Shown piece after piece: positions 39,643 through 50,033 of a DNA stretch of 64,000 nucleotides. Origin of the DNA: an uncultured bacterium (GTDB lineage Bacteria > Babelota > Babeliae > Babelales > Vermiphilaceae); NCBI GenBank assembly GCA_963695335.1, contig OY968764.1, positions 384,001 through 448,000 on the forward strand, given 5' to 3'. How positions within the stretch are numbered: the stretch's first letter is position 1; every line of letters starts with the position of its first letter. Below the pieces are notes generated by a model that worked only from the letters and a program-made list of their open reading frames with translations, did not search any database and was not told the DNA's origin. Made by a program: the position numbers and the translations under genes.

Positions 39643-39972
39643 TTAGCATTTTTTAGTTGTTTTTTTATGTTGTAGAGAAATTTTAAGTGAATATCCTAAT
39701 GCATGAGCAACTTTAGCAAGTTTAGATATAGATGTATTTGCATATCCACCATTTTCCATGCGAGCAACAGAAGGTTGCTTAACTTTTAGTTTTTTCGCTA
39801 AATCTTCTTGTGATATGTTTGATGATTTACGAGCTTTAATAAACTCCATCATAAGTTCAAATTCAGGGCGCAATGCTTCATATTCCGCTCGTACCTTTGC
39901 ATTTTTTAACACTTCTTCTCTAAATGTTTTATAATCTGGCAGTGTTTTAAGGGTTGGTCGTTTTTTATTCAT
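39643..39972 (-). CDS. XRE-HTH antitoxin (HigA-like)
   Basis: ISQEDLAKKLKVKQPSVARMENG; overlaps the toxin stop. Confidence 0.88.
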   Translation of the reverse strand: MNKKRPTLKTLPDYKTFREEVLKNAKVRAEYEALRPEFELMMEFIKARKSSNISQEDLAKKLKVKQPSVARMENGGYANTSISKLAKVAHALGYSLKISLQHKKTTKKC

Positions 39973-40297
39973 ATTCTTTTACCTCTTCCATACGCTTTAA
40001 CGCTAAATTCATTTCTTTTGATGGCGTTTTTTCTGTTTTTTTTATGAAGCCATTAAGAATTATAATCATTTTTTCTTTAATTAGGCAAAATAAAGCTCGT
40101 CCTATGCCCTCACTACCTTTAGCTCTCATTTCAAATAAGCCTTGTCCTAGCGCTTTGATATGCGGCATACCAATTTTATCTAGACCTCGTTGCTCTATGA
40201 CATTAATTATCCAAAGTAATTTTGCAAGTATTCCCTCTGGCCATTCTTTGATACTATTTTCAACCTTTTTATTATAGAATTTTATTTTCCAAGCCAT
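39965..40297 (-). CDS. RelE/HigB-family toxin
   Basis: MPHIKALGQGLFEMR, GFIKKTEKTP. Confidence 0.9.
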   Translation of the reverse strand: MAWKIKFYNKKVENSIKEWPEGILAKLLWIINVIEQRGLDKIGMPHIKALGQGLFEMRAKGSEGIGRALFCLIKEKMIIILNGFIKKTEKTPSKEMNLALKRMEEVKEYE

Positions 40298-40405
40298 GAA
40301 CTCTCACTCTTTAAAAATATTCTTTATATGTTTTAATATAACATATTTTTTATATTTTGTGCAATGAGGATGTCAAGAGTTTTTTTAATGTTACAATATG
40401 TGGGG

Positions 40406-40461
40406 GGTGCTGATTGGAAAGAGATTACAAAATAAAAAGAGCCCCAGAAATGGGGCTCATA
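40406..40461 (+). repeat. 56-bp direct repeat, copy 2
   Basis: Identical to 39585-39640. Confidence 0.92.
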
Positions 40462-40476
40462 TTTTTGCATATTTTT

Positions 40477-41067
40477 TTATGCGTGTTCTAATTCTGCTAT
40501 TTTAGCATCTATTTTTTTTGACAGTTTATATAGCCGTTCTATTCCAGAATATGCAAGAAATGGAACCAGTTTATCTTGTTTGCTTAAGTTCGTTAGACAA
40601 TTTATTGTCAAATCATCATTAGGATTATTGCGACGATATTGCTCATAATGTTTTATAGTAATTGATTGGATAAGCATCGCTTCTTTTTCATCATTTTCCG
40701 TGGTATATGAAAAATTTGTTGCTACAAGTTTATCATATTTTGTTGCTAAATCATCCTCTACATCCATTATTGTTTTCATTTCATTACAGAGCAGGTTTAC
40801 TGTAACATTCAAGTCGCCAAAGATTTTCTTTTTTAGCGAATGACCAAGTTGTTGGTCAATATCCTGAATCATGTTTAAAAGAAAAAAATATTGTTTTTTA
40901 CCGAACAAGTTATACTCGTCTATAGACCGCTCCATTGCGTCGAGTCTTAATAGTTCTATATCTTTTTTTACTGTTTTCAAATGCGCCAATAATTCTGCAT
41001 TGCTGGGTTTTGCAGCAGTAAAAAATGAAGTGAATGCTAAAAGAGTGGTAAGTAATTGTTTTTTCAT
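40477..41067 (-). CDS. Hypothetical secreted protein (MKKQLLT paralogue)
   Basis: Shares ELLAHLKT, IDQQL, CNEMKTI, LSKKID with 41081. Confidence 0.8.
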   Translation of the reverse strand: MKKQLLTTLLAFTSFFTAAKPSNAELLAHLKTVKKDIELLRLDAMERSIDEYNLFGKKQYFFLLNMIQDIDQQLGHSLKKKIFGDLNVTVNLLCNEMKTIMDVEDDLATKYDKLVATNFSYTTENDEKEAMLIQSITIKHYEQYRRNNPNDDLTINCLTNLSKQDKLVPFLAYSGIERLYKLSKKIDAKIAELEHA

Positions 41068-41080
41068 AATTTATCCTAAT

Positions 41081-41683
41081 TTATGCTTTTTGTAGTTCTT
41101 TGATTTTGGTATCTATTTTTTTTGAAAGTTCATTAAAAAATTCTATTCCCATGTTGACAAAGAATGGTGCTAAAGCATCTGAATCACACAAATCCATAAA
41201 ATGCATTTCCATAAGGTCATTATGAGGATTTTCTATGCAATATTTTTTATGATGCTGGGCAAAGATTGATGCAATGATCGTGAATTCTTTTTCATTATCA
41301 TTTGTAAAACCTAAAAAGCCTGAATCAAGTAAGAGTTCAGCGTTATCGTTGACTATGTCATTTATGTCATCTATTGTTTTCATCTCATTGCATATCAATT
41401 CAATAGCGTTGTTTGATAATTCACCAAGGAGTTTATTTTGTAGTGAATGATTAAGTTGTTGGTCAATTTCATTCATCATGTCTAAGAAAAAGAGATAGTC
41501 TTTGCCGAATGCACATTTTTTTTGCATTTCCTTTGCAGCAATTTTTAATCCTTGAGACATATGTTCAGCATCTTTTTTTGTTGTTTTTAAATGTGCTAAC
41601 AATTCAGTTTTGCTTACTTCTTCATTTGAGAACGCAAAAAATGGAGTGAGTGCTACAAGAGCAGTAAGTAATTGTTTTTTCAT
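41081..41683 (-). CDS. Hypothetical secreted protein (MKKQLLT paralogue)
   Basis: Tandem paralogue of 40477. Confidence 0.8.
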   Translation of the reverse strand: MKKQLLTALVALTPFFAFSNEEVSKTELLAHLKTTKKDAEHMSQGLKIAAKEMQKKCAFGKDYLFFLDMMNEIDQQLNHSLQNKLLGELSNNAIELICNEMKTIDDINDIVNDNAELLLDSGFLGFTNDNEKEFTIIASIFAQHHKKYCIENPHNDLMEMHFMDLCDSDALAPFFVNMGIEFFNELSKKIDTKIKELQKA

Positions 41684-41782
41684 AAAATCCCCCTAAGAAT
41701 TAATGATCTATGCTTTTAGTATCGCATAATTATTACAAACCGTCAATTGGGTGGGGGTAAGAGGGGGTAAAAAAAGGGGTTG

Positions 41783-42289
41783 TTATTTTTTACGCTGATA
41801 GGTGCCAATGAGGGTAGTTTGTGCTAGAATATGGCCTTTCATAGCATCGATAATCTGTTCTTTGGTAGAGCCAGTAGGCAAATCAAGGAAATTATCGAGT
41901 GCATAGAGAGTAAAGCGGTAATGATGGGTGCCACTCGGTGGACATGGGCCTCCCCATGCACGTTTGCCATCAAAATCAGTGGCGCCTTGAATAAAAGGAC
42001 CTGAAGACGTATTTTCAGCTAAACTTTGTGTGGTATTGGGGATATTAAAGACTATCCAATGCGTCCATACTTTGCTGGGAGCATCTGGGTCATCAACAAT
42101 AAGTGCAAAGCTGTTGGTGGTTTGCGGTGCGTCTGACCATTCTAGCGCAGGGGAAATATTAGCCCCATCGCAGGTATATTGTGACGGAATTGACCCGTTA
42201 TGAGAAAAGGATGGGCTGGTGAGTTTCATTGGGTTCCCTTTGAGTGATAGAGAGAAGATAACTGTTAGAAACAATAGTTTTTTGAACAT
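41783..42289 (-). CDS. YbhB/YbcL family PEBP (Raf-kinase-inhibitor-like) protein
   Basis: DPDAP, HWIVFNIP, GPCPPSGTHHY. Confidence 0.92.
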   Translation of the reverse strand: MFKKLLFLTVIFSLSLKGNPMKLTSPSFSHNGSIPSQYTCDGANISPALEWSDAPQTTNSFALIVDDPDAPSKVWTHWIVFNIPNTTQSLAENTSSGPFIQGATDFDGKRAWGGPCPPSGTHHYRFTLYALDNFLDLPTGSTKEQIIDAMKGHILAQTTLIGTYQRKK

Positions 42290-42360
42290 AAAATAACCCC
42301 CTGTTATGTTTTTTAACAAAATAACAGGGGGATTGTTGTAATTTCAAGGGAAGAGTTGTG

Positions 42361-42948
42361 TTACATCACTGATTGGCCGATGTATTCTTGCGATTGGCCA
42401 ACTTCCTGACCAGCAGGCGCTGCAGGAGCTGATTGGTTACCTTTAACTTGTGCACTGATTTCTTTAACTTTATCAGCCAATTTTTGTCCCAAAAGAACTA
42501 AGTAAGCTTTGTTTGCCATTGCTTTATACAGTTTGGCTCCATATTCACTCATTTTGAGGTTAGGGAATAAGTCTGATAAGTTATTATCTACTTTTATATT
42601 TTTGAATGAACCGTTTTTATTTACAATTTCATCATATTGCATAGATACAATAGCATCCATATTTGTTGTAAAATCGGTGCTCATAATAAGTTTTTCAAGA
42701 ACCGGTTTGATAGCATTGTATAAAGTTGAAGAAGCCTTTTCTGCCATTTTTATATGAATACGTTCTGCATTCCATGCACGTTTAATAGCATTCATTTGTG
42801 TATTAATGTGATTGAGTTGGACTGTAAGAGTAGCAATATCAGCTGCCTGCCCTTCGAAGCCTTGGCGAAGTAGGGTGGGAGCCATTGCCATTATTGTTTG
42901 AGCTGTGGCAAGCAGCGTTACTATGCAAAAAGATAATTTTTTAATCAT
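42361..42948 (-). CDS. Hypothetical secreted protein with in-frame repeat insertion
   Basis: Signal peptide then LLRQGFEGQA encoded by a family B element. Confidence 0.75.
   Translation of the reverse strand: MIKKLSFCIVTLLATAQTIMAMAPTLLRQGFEGQAADIATLTVQLNHINTQMNAIKRAWNAERIHIKMAEKASSTLYNAIKPVLEKLIMSTDFTTNMDAIVSMQYDEIVNKNGSFKNIKVDNNLSDLFPNLKMSEYGAKLYKAMANKAYLVLLGQKLADKVKEISAQVKGNQSAPAAPAGQEVGQSQEYIGQSVM
42846..42875. repeat. Family B element in frame
   Basis: cctgcccttcgaagccttggcgaagtaggg. Confidence 0.85.
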
Positions 42949-43026
42949 GACACATCCTCAATTAATGGTTTATTTCTTACTTTAAAAGTAACAGAATCGA
43001 TTTCAGTTTGTCAATAAAGGGTTGCG

Positions 43027-43620
43027 TTAGTTATGATGGTTGGCTTCTAGTGCTGCGAGTTCTACGTAAAGTTCTTGTGTTTTATGGTCAAGTTTTTCAA
43101 GAAGTAGTTTGTAACCAAGGCGTTGAGTGGTTCTGAGATAGTAGAGATTAAAGAGTAATTCGAAATCTTCCCATGATTTTAGGGGTTCACTTTCAAGAGC
43201 ATTGTCGATGAGTTGTTTTAGAGGTTTTGGTCTTGTGGAATATGCTTCTATTGTATATGCAATATTATTATAGTTTATCTGTTTATCAATGATACTCGTG
43301 AGTTGTACATCAGTTACATGGTCAAGCATTAATGTAAACTCATTGAGGGTTGTGATTGAGTTGACGATAGCTTTGATTGTTTTACTTAGTCTTTTGTATT
43401 GATAATATTCTACCAAGTGACCAATGAATTCGTGTTTTATGTGTGTTTTTATGTCTTTATTAATAGAAGAGATCATTTCTCTATCTGCGATAATGTCCTT
43501 TTTTGCCTGAGCAATATGAGCAAGGTTGCTTTTAATAATGTTAATTTTATCAACTGAAGCGGTTATTGATATAAAAGATAATGCGGTCAGGGTGGTCAAT
43601 AAGTACATATTTTTGAGCAT
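43027..43620 (-). CDS. Hypothetical secreted helical protein
   Basis: Signal peptide; similar size and layout to neighbours. Confidence 0.7.
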   Translation of the reverse strand: MLKNMYLLTTLTALSFISITASVDKINIIKSNLAHIAQAKKDIIADREMISSINKDIKTHIKHEFIGHLVEYYQYKRLSKTIKAIVNSITTLNEFTLMLDHVTDVQLTSIIDKQINYNNIAYTIEAYSTRPKPLKQLIDNALESEPLKSWEDFELLFNLYYLRTTQRLGYKLLLEKLDHKTQELYVELAALEANHHN

Positions 43621-43862
43621 AACATTCTCTAAAAGGGCCTAAATAAATAATAAAAGATATCTTATTTCCAGTGTGCCAGATAACCCATAGTAGGTCAAAA
43701 CAGGGGTAACATAAGGCTTTAGTTAGCATAGCTAGCGGCAGGCTGGAGTTGACATTTAGCCAAATATAGGACATTATTTTTATATATATCTTATCCCATT
43801 CTTTAATGGGAGTCTCGATAAGAAAATAATAGTAAGTTTCATTTTTTTTAAGGACGAATCCA

Positions 43863-44117
43863 ATGGCAACCAGTAAATCCGGTGGAAGTACCCAGAATAA
43901 TAGAGAAAGTCATAGTAAGCGGTTAGGCTGTAAAATATTTGATGGACACAAAGTTTTTGGTGGTGAAATCATCGTCCGTCAACGTGGCACTCATATTCAC
44001 CCAGGTAAACAAGTTCGTCGCGGTGGTGATGATACATTGTTTGTTACAGCTCCTGGCGTAATCAAATTCCATTTTGGCCCTAAAGGTCGTAAATACGTTT
44101 CTGTTATCAGCCAATAA
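43863..44117 (+). CDS. rpmA: 50S ribosomal protein L27
   Basis: SKRLG, IIVRQRGT, DDTLF. Confidence 0.97.
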   Translation: MATSKSGGSTQNNRESHSKRLGCKIFDGHKVFGGEIIVRQRGTHIHPGKQVRRGGDDTLFVTAPGVIKFHFGPKGRKYVSVISQ

Positions 44118-44119
44118 GT

Positions 44120-44191
44120 TTAACCCCATCTTCTTAGCCCCATTTTCAGACAAGTCTTTCAATGGGGACACTTAAGAACAAGATAATTGGG
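44120..44191. repeat. Nested family C elements
   Basis: ttaaccccatcttc[ttagccccatt..aatgggga]..attggg. Confidence 0.65.
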
Positions 44192-44215
44192 TAAAACAAA
44201 GTAGTGGTGAGGTTT

Positions 44216-44267
44216 ACCCTACGTCCTTCGACAGGCTCAGGATGAGCGGAAGATAGCGTAGTAGGGT
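44216..44267. repeat. Family A element nested in a B-like element
   Basis: accctacg[tccttcgacaggctcaggatgagcgga]..gcgtagtagggt. Confidence 0.8.
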
Positions 44268-44324
44268 TGAGAAAAATAAAAAAAGGTATCTTAAATAGTG
44301 TGCTGTTAAAAGAATGGGTAGCTG

Positions 44325-45221
44325 ATGGTTATTAATTTTTTGAAATATCGTAAAGCAACAGCTTTATCTTCTCTCGCATTAATTGCTGCATTTATTGGTG
44401 TGGCGGTTTATCGGCAACAAACACGTGGATCAGTATACAATTATAGCGTTGATTTTACTGGAGGAACTCAGATTTTGCTTGGTTTTGAGCAAGAAGTTGA
44501 TGGTTCTTACATAAAACAGATTATTGTTGATAATGGTTGGCCAAGTGCAAATACGCGTGAATTTGGTAAAACAGAAGTTCTAGTGCGTGTTAAAGAGTTT
44601 GAAGCGGATATGGTTGGTCTTGGTGAACGCATGAAAGATGTGATACAGCAAGCAATGCCAGAAAACAGAGTTGAAATTCTACAAACAGAAAGCGTTGGAG
44701 CTGGGGTTGGTGCAGATTTGCGTGGTAAATCGGCGTATGCAATGGCAGTGGCGCTGATTTTAATGTTGCTGTATATTGCGATGCGTTTCTGGTCAATAGC
44801 TTTTGCTTCAGGTGCTATTTTGGCACTTATCCATGATGCGCTTGTGATGTTAGCGATATTTTTGTTTTTAGATCGCGAAATATCAATTAACTTTATTGCA
44901 GCGGTATTAACAGTTCTTGGTTATTCAATTAATGATACAATTGTAATCTTTTCTCAGATTCGTGAATTTATGAAAAAGAGAAAAGGTGTACCGTTAGATC
45001 AAATTGTTAATGATAGCCTTAATTACACGCTCAGAAGAACAATGCTCACCAGTATTTCAACAGGTTTGCCGGTTTTGGTGATGTTGTTTTTTGGTGGTGA
45101 AGCATTACAAGATTTCTCACTCGCGTTATTGATTGGAATAATTTTTGGTACATATTCATCAATTTATATTGCAAGTCCTATTATGATGTTGATGCAGCCA
45201 AAAGAACATGCTGCGCATTAA
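44325..45221 (+). CDS. secF: Protein translocase subunit SecF
   Basis: VDFTGGT, HD, GYSINDTIV, GTYSSIYIASP. Confidence 0.95.
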   Translation: MVINFLKYRKATALSSLALIAAFIGVAVYRQQTRGSVYNYSVDFTGGTQILLGFEQEVDGSYIKQIIVDNGWPSANTREFGKTEVLVRVKEFEADMVGLGERMKDVIQQAMPENRVEILQTESVGAGVGADLRGKSAYAMAVALILMLLYIAMRFWSIAFASGAILALIHDALVMLAIFLFLDREISINFIAAVLTVLGYSINDTIVIFSQIREFMKKRKGVPLDQIVNDSLNYTLRRTMLTSISTGLPVLVMLFFGGEALQDFSLALLIGIIFGTYSSIYIASPIMMLMQPKEHAAH

Positions 45222-45330
45222 AAAAGCTTTTTCTTTTTTATTTTTTTTGAAATATATTGACGGCTTATTTAAAAAATATGATCATTTTGGTATACAATAA
45301 ACTATGTATACCAAAATGATTCCTTTTTTG

Positions 45331-45363
45331 CCTGGCCTTCGTAGCTCGCTAGAGCGTAGTAGG
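45331..45363. repeat. Family B element
   Basis: cctggccttcgtagctcgctagagcgtagtagg. Confidence 0.8.
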
Positions 45364-45484
45364 CATACGTAACATTAATTTACATATCTCATATTAGTAC
45401 ATCATTTTTTTTAATCTTATTTTCACAAATTCAAGGAATATTACATGACGTACAACGTCAGAGTATCTTTTACAGGAGGTCTGG

Positions 45485-47206
45485 ATGAAAACTCGTGATA
45501 TTAAAACAGCTGATTCTGCGCAAATAGAAGAGTCGCAAACAGCACAAACCGTGGAATCTTCTCAGGCTACTCCACAACCAACTCGTACACGTGCTCCAAG
45601 AGCACCTAAAAAAGATAAAGTGGTAGAAACAGCTACACATACGGTGTCTGAAGAGCCACAAAAGTCAGTAACATCCGACTATGCTTCGTCCTCCGCTAAA
45701 AGCTACGGAGAACACAGCAAGGCTTCCTCTGTTGCTGAAGCTATGAAGGACAGGTCGTCGGACAGGTCAGAATCAACAAGGCCTGCAGCGCAAGAGCATT
45801 ATTTTGAGCGCGATGCAATGCCGCAAGATCGTAGAAATGGAAATGGGCAGTATGTCCAACCTCGTGAAGTACGCGAAGAATATAATCGTCCAACGCAACA
45901 ATATTCTCAGCAAGGTTCATACGATCGTTCAGGATACACACGTCGACCATTAGAAGATTTATCATTGTCAGAACTCGTTCAATATGCTCGCCGTTATGGT
46001 ATCATGGGCGCGGCAATTACTAAAAAAGATGAGTTGCTCAAAAAAGTTCGTTACGCTGAAGAACATCCAAATGCTGAAATGGCAGTCGAGGGGGTTTTAG
46101 AAAAATTACCTGATGGATTTGGATTCTTGCGTTCAGCATTATATGATTACGTTTCAGGGCCAGATGATATTTATGTTTCTCCATCACAAATTAGACGTTT
46201 TGGTTTGCGTACGGGAGACACTATCAAGGGTGAAATAAGAAAACCAAAAGAAGGTGAAAAATATTTTGCGCTATTAAAAGTATCGCAAGTAAATTACGCT
46301 GAACCTCTTTCTATGATTGATAGACCTCATTTTGACAGCTTGAGTCCGCAGCATCCTATTTCAAAATTCAATCTTGAATTTGATCCAACAGCACTTTCTA
46401 CCCGTATTCTTGATGTATTCACACCGATTGGTAAAGGTCAGCGTGGTTTGATTGTAGCTCCTCCTAAAGTTGGTAAAACGTTGTTGCTTAAAGAAATTGC
46501 GCGAGCAATTATTAGCAATCATCCTGAAGCACATCTTATGGTACTTTGCGTGGATGAACGTCCTGAAGAAGTTGCTGATATGCGCCGTACGCTTAAAGGC
46601 ACCACAGCAGAAGTTATCAGTTCTACATTTGATGAACCTGCAGAGCGTCATGTTCAAGTGGCGGAAATTGTTTTGGAAAAAGCAAAACGTTTAGTTGAAT
46701 GTAACAAAGATGTGGTTATTATTCTTGATTCTATCACTCGTCTTGCGCGTGCATATAATACCGTTGCTCCTGCATCAGGAAAAGTACTGACTGGTGGTAT
46801 TGATGCATACGCACTGCAACATCCAAAACGATTTTTTGGTGCAGCACGTGCCACTGAAGAAGCTGGTTCATTAACTATTTTAGCTTCTGCATTGGTAGAA
46901 ACAGGTTCGCGTATGGATGAAGTTATTTTTGAAGAGTTTAAAGGTACGGGTAACATGGAAATGAATATGACGCGTAAACTTTCACACCGTCGTATTTTCC
47001 CAGCCTTTGATCTGTTAACTTCTGGAACTCGTCGTGATGACTTATTACTTTCTGAAGAAGAACTTAATAAAGTTTGGATTCTGCAGAAATTACTTTCTAC
47101 GATGAATACTATAGAAGGTATGGAATTCTTGATTGATAAAATGAAGAAGACCAAAACCAATGCTGAATTTTTTGAATCGATCAATAAACGAACCGCTGAA
47201 ATGTAA
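45485..47206 (+). CDS. rho: Transcription termination factor Rho with long N-terminal extension
   Basis: [55 protein letters not shown]. Confidence 0.98.
   Translation: MKTRDIKTADSAQIEESQTAQTVESSQATPQPTRTRAPRAPKKDKVVETATHTVSEEPQKSVTSDYASSSAKSYGEHSKASSVAEAMKDRSSDRSESTRPAAQEHYFERDAMPQDRRNGNGQYVQPREVREEYNRPTQQYSQQGSYDRSGYTRRPLEDLSLSELVQYARRYGIMGAAITKKDELLKKVRYAEEHPNAEMAVEGVLEKLPDGFGFLRSALYDYVSGPDDIYVSPSQIRRFGLRTGDTIKGEIRKPKEGEKYFALLKVSQVNYAEPLSMIDRPHFDSLSPQHPISKFNLEFDPTALSTRILDVFTPIGKGQRGLIVAPPKVGKTLLLKEIARAIISNHPEAHLMVLCVDERPEEVADMRRTLKGTTAEVISSTFDEPAERHVQVAEIVLEKAKRLVECNKDVVIILDSITRLARAYNTVAPASGKVLTGGIDAYALQHPKRFFGAARATEEAGSLTILASALVETGSRMDEVIFEEFKGTGNMEMNMTRKLSHRRIFPAFDLLTSGTRRDDLLLSEEELNKVWILQKLLSTMNTIEGMEFLIDKMKKTKTNAEFFESINKRTAEM
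45674..45766. repeat. Family B element carrying two nested B-like elements, in frame in rho
   Basis: tccgactatgct[..gctaaaagctacggagaacacag]caaggct[tcctctgttgctgaagctatgaaggacagg]tcgtcggacagg; 93 nt. Confidence 0.75.
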
Positions 47207-47228
47207 AAAACGCTATTTTATGATGGTG

Positions 47229-47260
47229 AAAGGACTCGGGAAACCGGGCCTTTTTTTTTT
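47229..47260 (+). terminator. Intrinsic terminator after rho
   Basis: GC hairpin with GAAA loop followed by 10 T. Confidence 0.75.
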
Positions 47261-47405
47261 ATGAAATCCCCAAAAGCACACTCCTATGTTTTCATTTTGA
47301 AATATAAACACATTGTTTTTTGATAAAAAAATAAATTTTGATATTGTTATAAATATGATAAGAATGTGTTGTTTGGGTTATCAAAGGTGATAGGTGGGGG
47401 ATTTC

Positions 47406-49871
47406 ATGGATTATAAAAGACTTATTTTGCCAATATTGGTTCTGTTCGGTGGAACGTCAATATCGTTGGCTATGAAGCAAATAGTGCCTGCAAACAAAAA
47501 AGAACGAGCAAAGAGAGATCAGTCTGTTAAGAAATTCAATAACACTAATAATCAACGGCAAGTTGTCCGGCAACCAAAACAATTGGTAAAATCTGAAATT
47601 AAAAAAAAACCAATAAGTGCTCAACCGATAACTACTACATATGATCTTTTTAGGGCATGTAAAACAGTAAGAAAAGACCTTGATGAAGGGGTAGAGATCA
47701 ATCTTGTTGAAAAAGAAGATATAAATGGGAGAGAGGTTTATTCCTATGACGGGAAAACTGCATTGCATCATGCTGCACAAAATGGTCTTATCAATATGGT
47801 AAAGGCATTGGTTAAAGCTGGTGCTGATGTAAATGCTCAAGATAGCGAAGAAGATTCTTTTTATAATGTAACGAGTAAGCGTACAGCTTTGCAGTATGCC
47901 GTGCAGAATGGCCATATGGAAGTGGTAAAATTTTTAATTGACCATGATGATATTAAAATAGATATGACAGATGGTTATGGTAATGGTTTATTGCACCATG
48001 CGGTTGGTTCATTTCGTGATAATTCAGAAATGGTACGGTTTGTTATTGCAAAATATCCCACGAGTGTAAACGCTAAAAATAATTATTTGGAGACCCCGCT
48101 GCATTATGATGTATCACTGCCATATGCAAATAAAGGAATAACAACTAGTATTTTGCTGGAAAATGGCGCTGATGTAAACGCTAAAAATGCTAAAGGTCGC
48201 ACATCAATAGAATTTCCTCGTGCATCTAAAGAGGTGAGGAAACTTTTGGTTAAAAATGGCGCTGATCCAGATACAATTGTTTATAATAGTAGCGGTTGGA
48301 CGCCTTTGTTTTTTGCAATAGAAGGCAAAGATATGGAATTTATAGAGCTATTGGTGAACAAAGGGGCTAATGTTCATGCCAAAGATGATCTAGGTAATAC
48401 CGTATTGCGTTATGCAGCTTGTTCTGATTCGGCAATATTAAAATTTTTGCTTGAAAACACGGATATTAAAAAAGATATAAATGTTAAAGATGGGATACAA
48501 GGGACTCCTTTGTATGATGTGTGTAGTAGCGGTAATTATGAAAATGCAAAAATTTTAATTGAACATGGTGCTGATGTTAATGCTAAAGATGGGCGTCAAT
48601 TTATATCACAAGGAATATCGAGGGAAGCGTTTGCTAAAATGTTTTATCATGATCCCAATGCAAAAAAACCTGAAATCGAGTATTTTATGGCTTCTGCTTC
48701 TATACATTCAGTCCCAGAAGAAGGTTTTTCTCCTTTACATATAGCTAGTTTACAAGGCCATGACAAAATAGTTGATTTGCTTATTGCAAATAAGGCTATC
48801 ATCGTAGATATTAAAACTAATAAACATGTGACTCCTTTGCATGCAGCTGCTTTTAATGGACATGCTAACATTGTTGAAAAATTATATATGGCAGGTGCCT
48901 GTACTGATGCTGAGACAACAGCGGATGATTTTTTTGAAGAAATTAATCATGTTACAGATAAAGTAACTCCTTTGTTTACTGCAATTGGACAGGGGAAAAC
49001 TGAGACGGTAAAAAAACTTGCTCCTTGGTCAAAAGTGAATCATCAGATTGGATCCTTTAAGGTTACTCCTTTACATTTGGCATCTTTATTGGGGCATTCT
49101 GATATGGTAAAAATTCTTATAGATAATGGTGCAGATCCTAAGTTGCTTATTTGGGGAAAACATACTGCAGCCGATGTTGCTAATTATTATGGCAAAAAAG
49201 ATATTGCAGGTTTCCTTACTGAGAAGATGGATTACTTGAGGCAAAAGTTCACATTTTCATTGAGTAAGGAAAACCAAAAACAAATTCCTATACAAATTAT
49301 GGGAAATGATGGAATTTTGCAGGGGCCAATAATCATTCAGCAAAAAGCTAATATAAAAGCGGATATGCTTTTTGTTGATAAGACTATTGTGCCTTTTGGT
49401 GTATATTATCGTGGTATTGATAGGCAGATTAAGTCTATTCCTAATAATACAAAAAGTAGAAATGGTTTATCGATGGTGAGTAATCATTTATCACAATTAA
49501 ATTATTGTGGTTGTCCTAAAAAAAATAGTATTGATCCTTTGCATAATTTTTCTGAAAATATAGAGAAAGAATTTGGTAATTTAGCGTATGTTTTTATTGA
49601 AAATGAAAATCCTAATTTTACTGATGAGGACAAAAAGCTGACACTCTGTATTTCTATGCCAGAAGACATTGAGAAATTAAAAAATAAAAAAAATAATTCC
49701 GACATAGTAATAAACCGGCTGGGAGCCTATGAATTTGTTGTAAGAAAAAACTTGTATGAGGCAAAAGGTGTCTGCTCCCATCGATTTCTTAATCCAAAAG
49801 GAACAGTTGGTGCGCAAGCTTTTGGTGCTGAATATCGTAAAAAAGAGCAAAAGAAATTAACTTATTCTTAA
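47406..49871 (+). CDS. Secreted multi-ankyrin-repeat protein with unknown C-terminal domain
   Basis: Many TPLH/TALH..GADVN repeats; signal ..SLA|MKQ. Confidence 0.92.
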   Translation: MDYKRLILPILVLFGGTSISLAMKQIVPANKKERAKRDQSVKKFNNTNNQRQVVRQPKQLVKSEIKKKPISAQPITTTYDLFRACKTVRKDLDEGVEINLVEKEDINGREVYSYDGKTALHHAAQNGLINMVKALVKAGADVNAQDSEEDSFYNVTSKRTALQYAVQNGHMEVVKFLIDHDDIKIDMTDGYGNGLLHHAVGSFRDNSEMVRFVIAKYPTSVNAKNNYLETPLHYDVSLPYANKGITTSILLENGADVNAKNAKGRTSIEFPRASKEVRKLLVKNGADPDTIVYNSSGWTPLFFAIEGKDMEFIELLVNKGANVHAKDDLGNTVLRYAACSDSAILKFLLENTDIKKDINVKDGIQGTPLYDVCSSGNYENAKILIEHGADVNAKDGRQFISQGISREAFAKMFYHDPNAKKPEIEYFMASASIHSVPEEGFSPLHIASLQGHDKIVDLLIANKAIIVDIKTNKHVTPLHAAAFNGHANIVEKLYMAGACTDAETTADDFFEEINHVTDKVTPLFTAIGQGKTETVKKLAPWSKVNHQIGSFKVTPLHLASLLGHSDMVKILIDNGADPKLLIWGKHTAADVANYYGKKDIAGFLTEKMDYLRQKFTFSLSKENQKQIPIQIMGNDGILQGPIIIQQKANIKADMLFVDKTIVPFGVYYRGIDRQIKSIPNNTKSRNGLSMVSNHLSQLNYCGCPKKNSIDPLHNFSENIEKEFGNLAYVFIENENPNFTDEDKKLTLCISMPEDIEKLKNKKNNSDIVINRLGAYEFVVRKNLYEAKGVCSHRFLNPKGTVGAQAFGAEYRKKEQKKLTYS

Positions 49872-50033
49872 AAAGTTTAAAAATTAAGAAGGCCCCAAAT
49901 TTGGGGCCTTTTTGTTTGAGCTATTTTTTTACCTATTTTGTTGACCAGAAATAGTTTTTTATTTGTTCGAGATAGTTTCCTTTTACAGGGTAAGCTTTTT
50001 GTACATCTTGCTCTCGTTTTGTGTCTATACCTA

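Noticed and set aside
46654..47184. Long antisense ORFs (also 55978-56532, 16667-17068, 37514-37894)
   Set aside because: Shadow frames of well-supported genes
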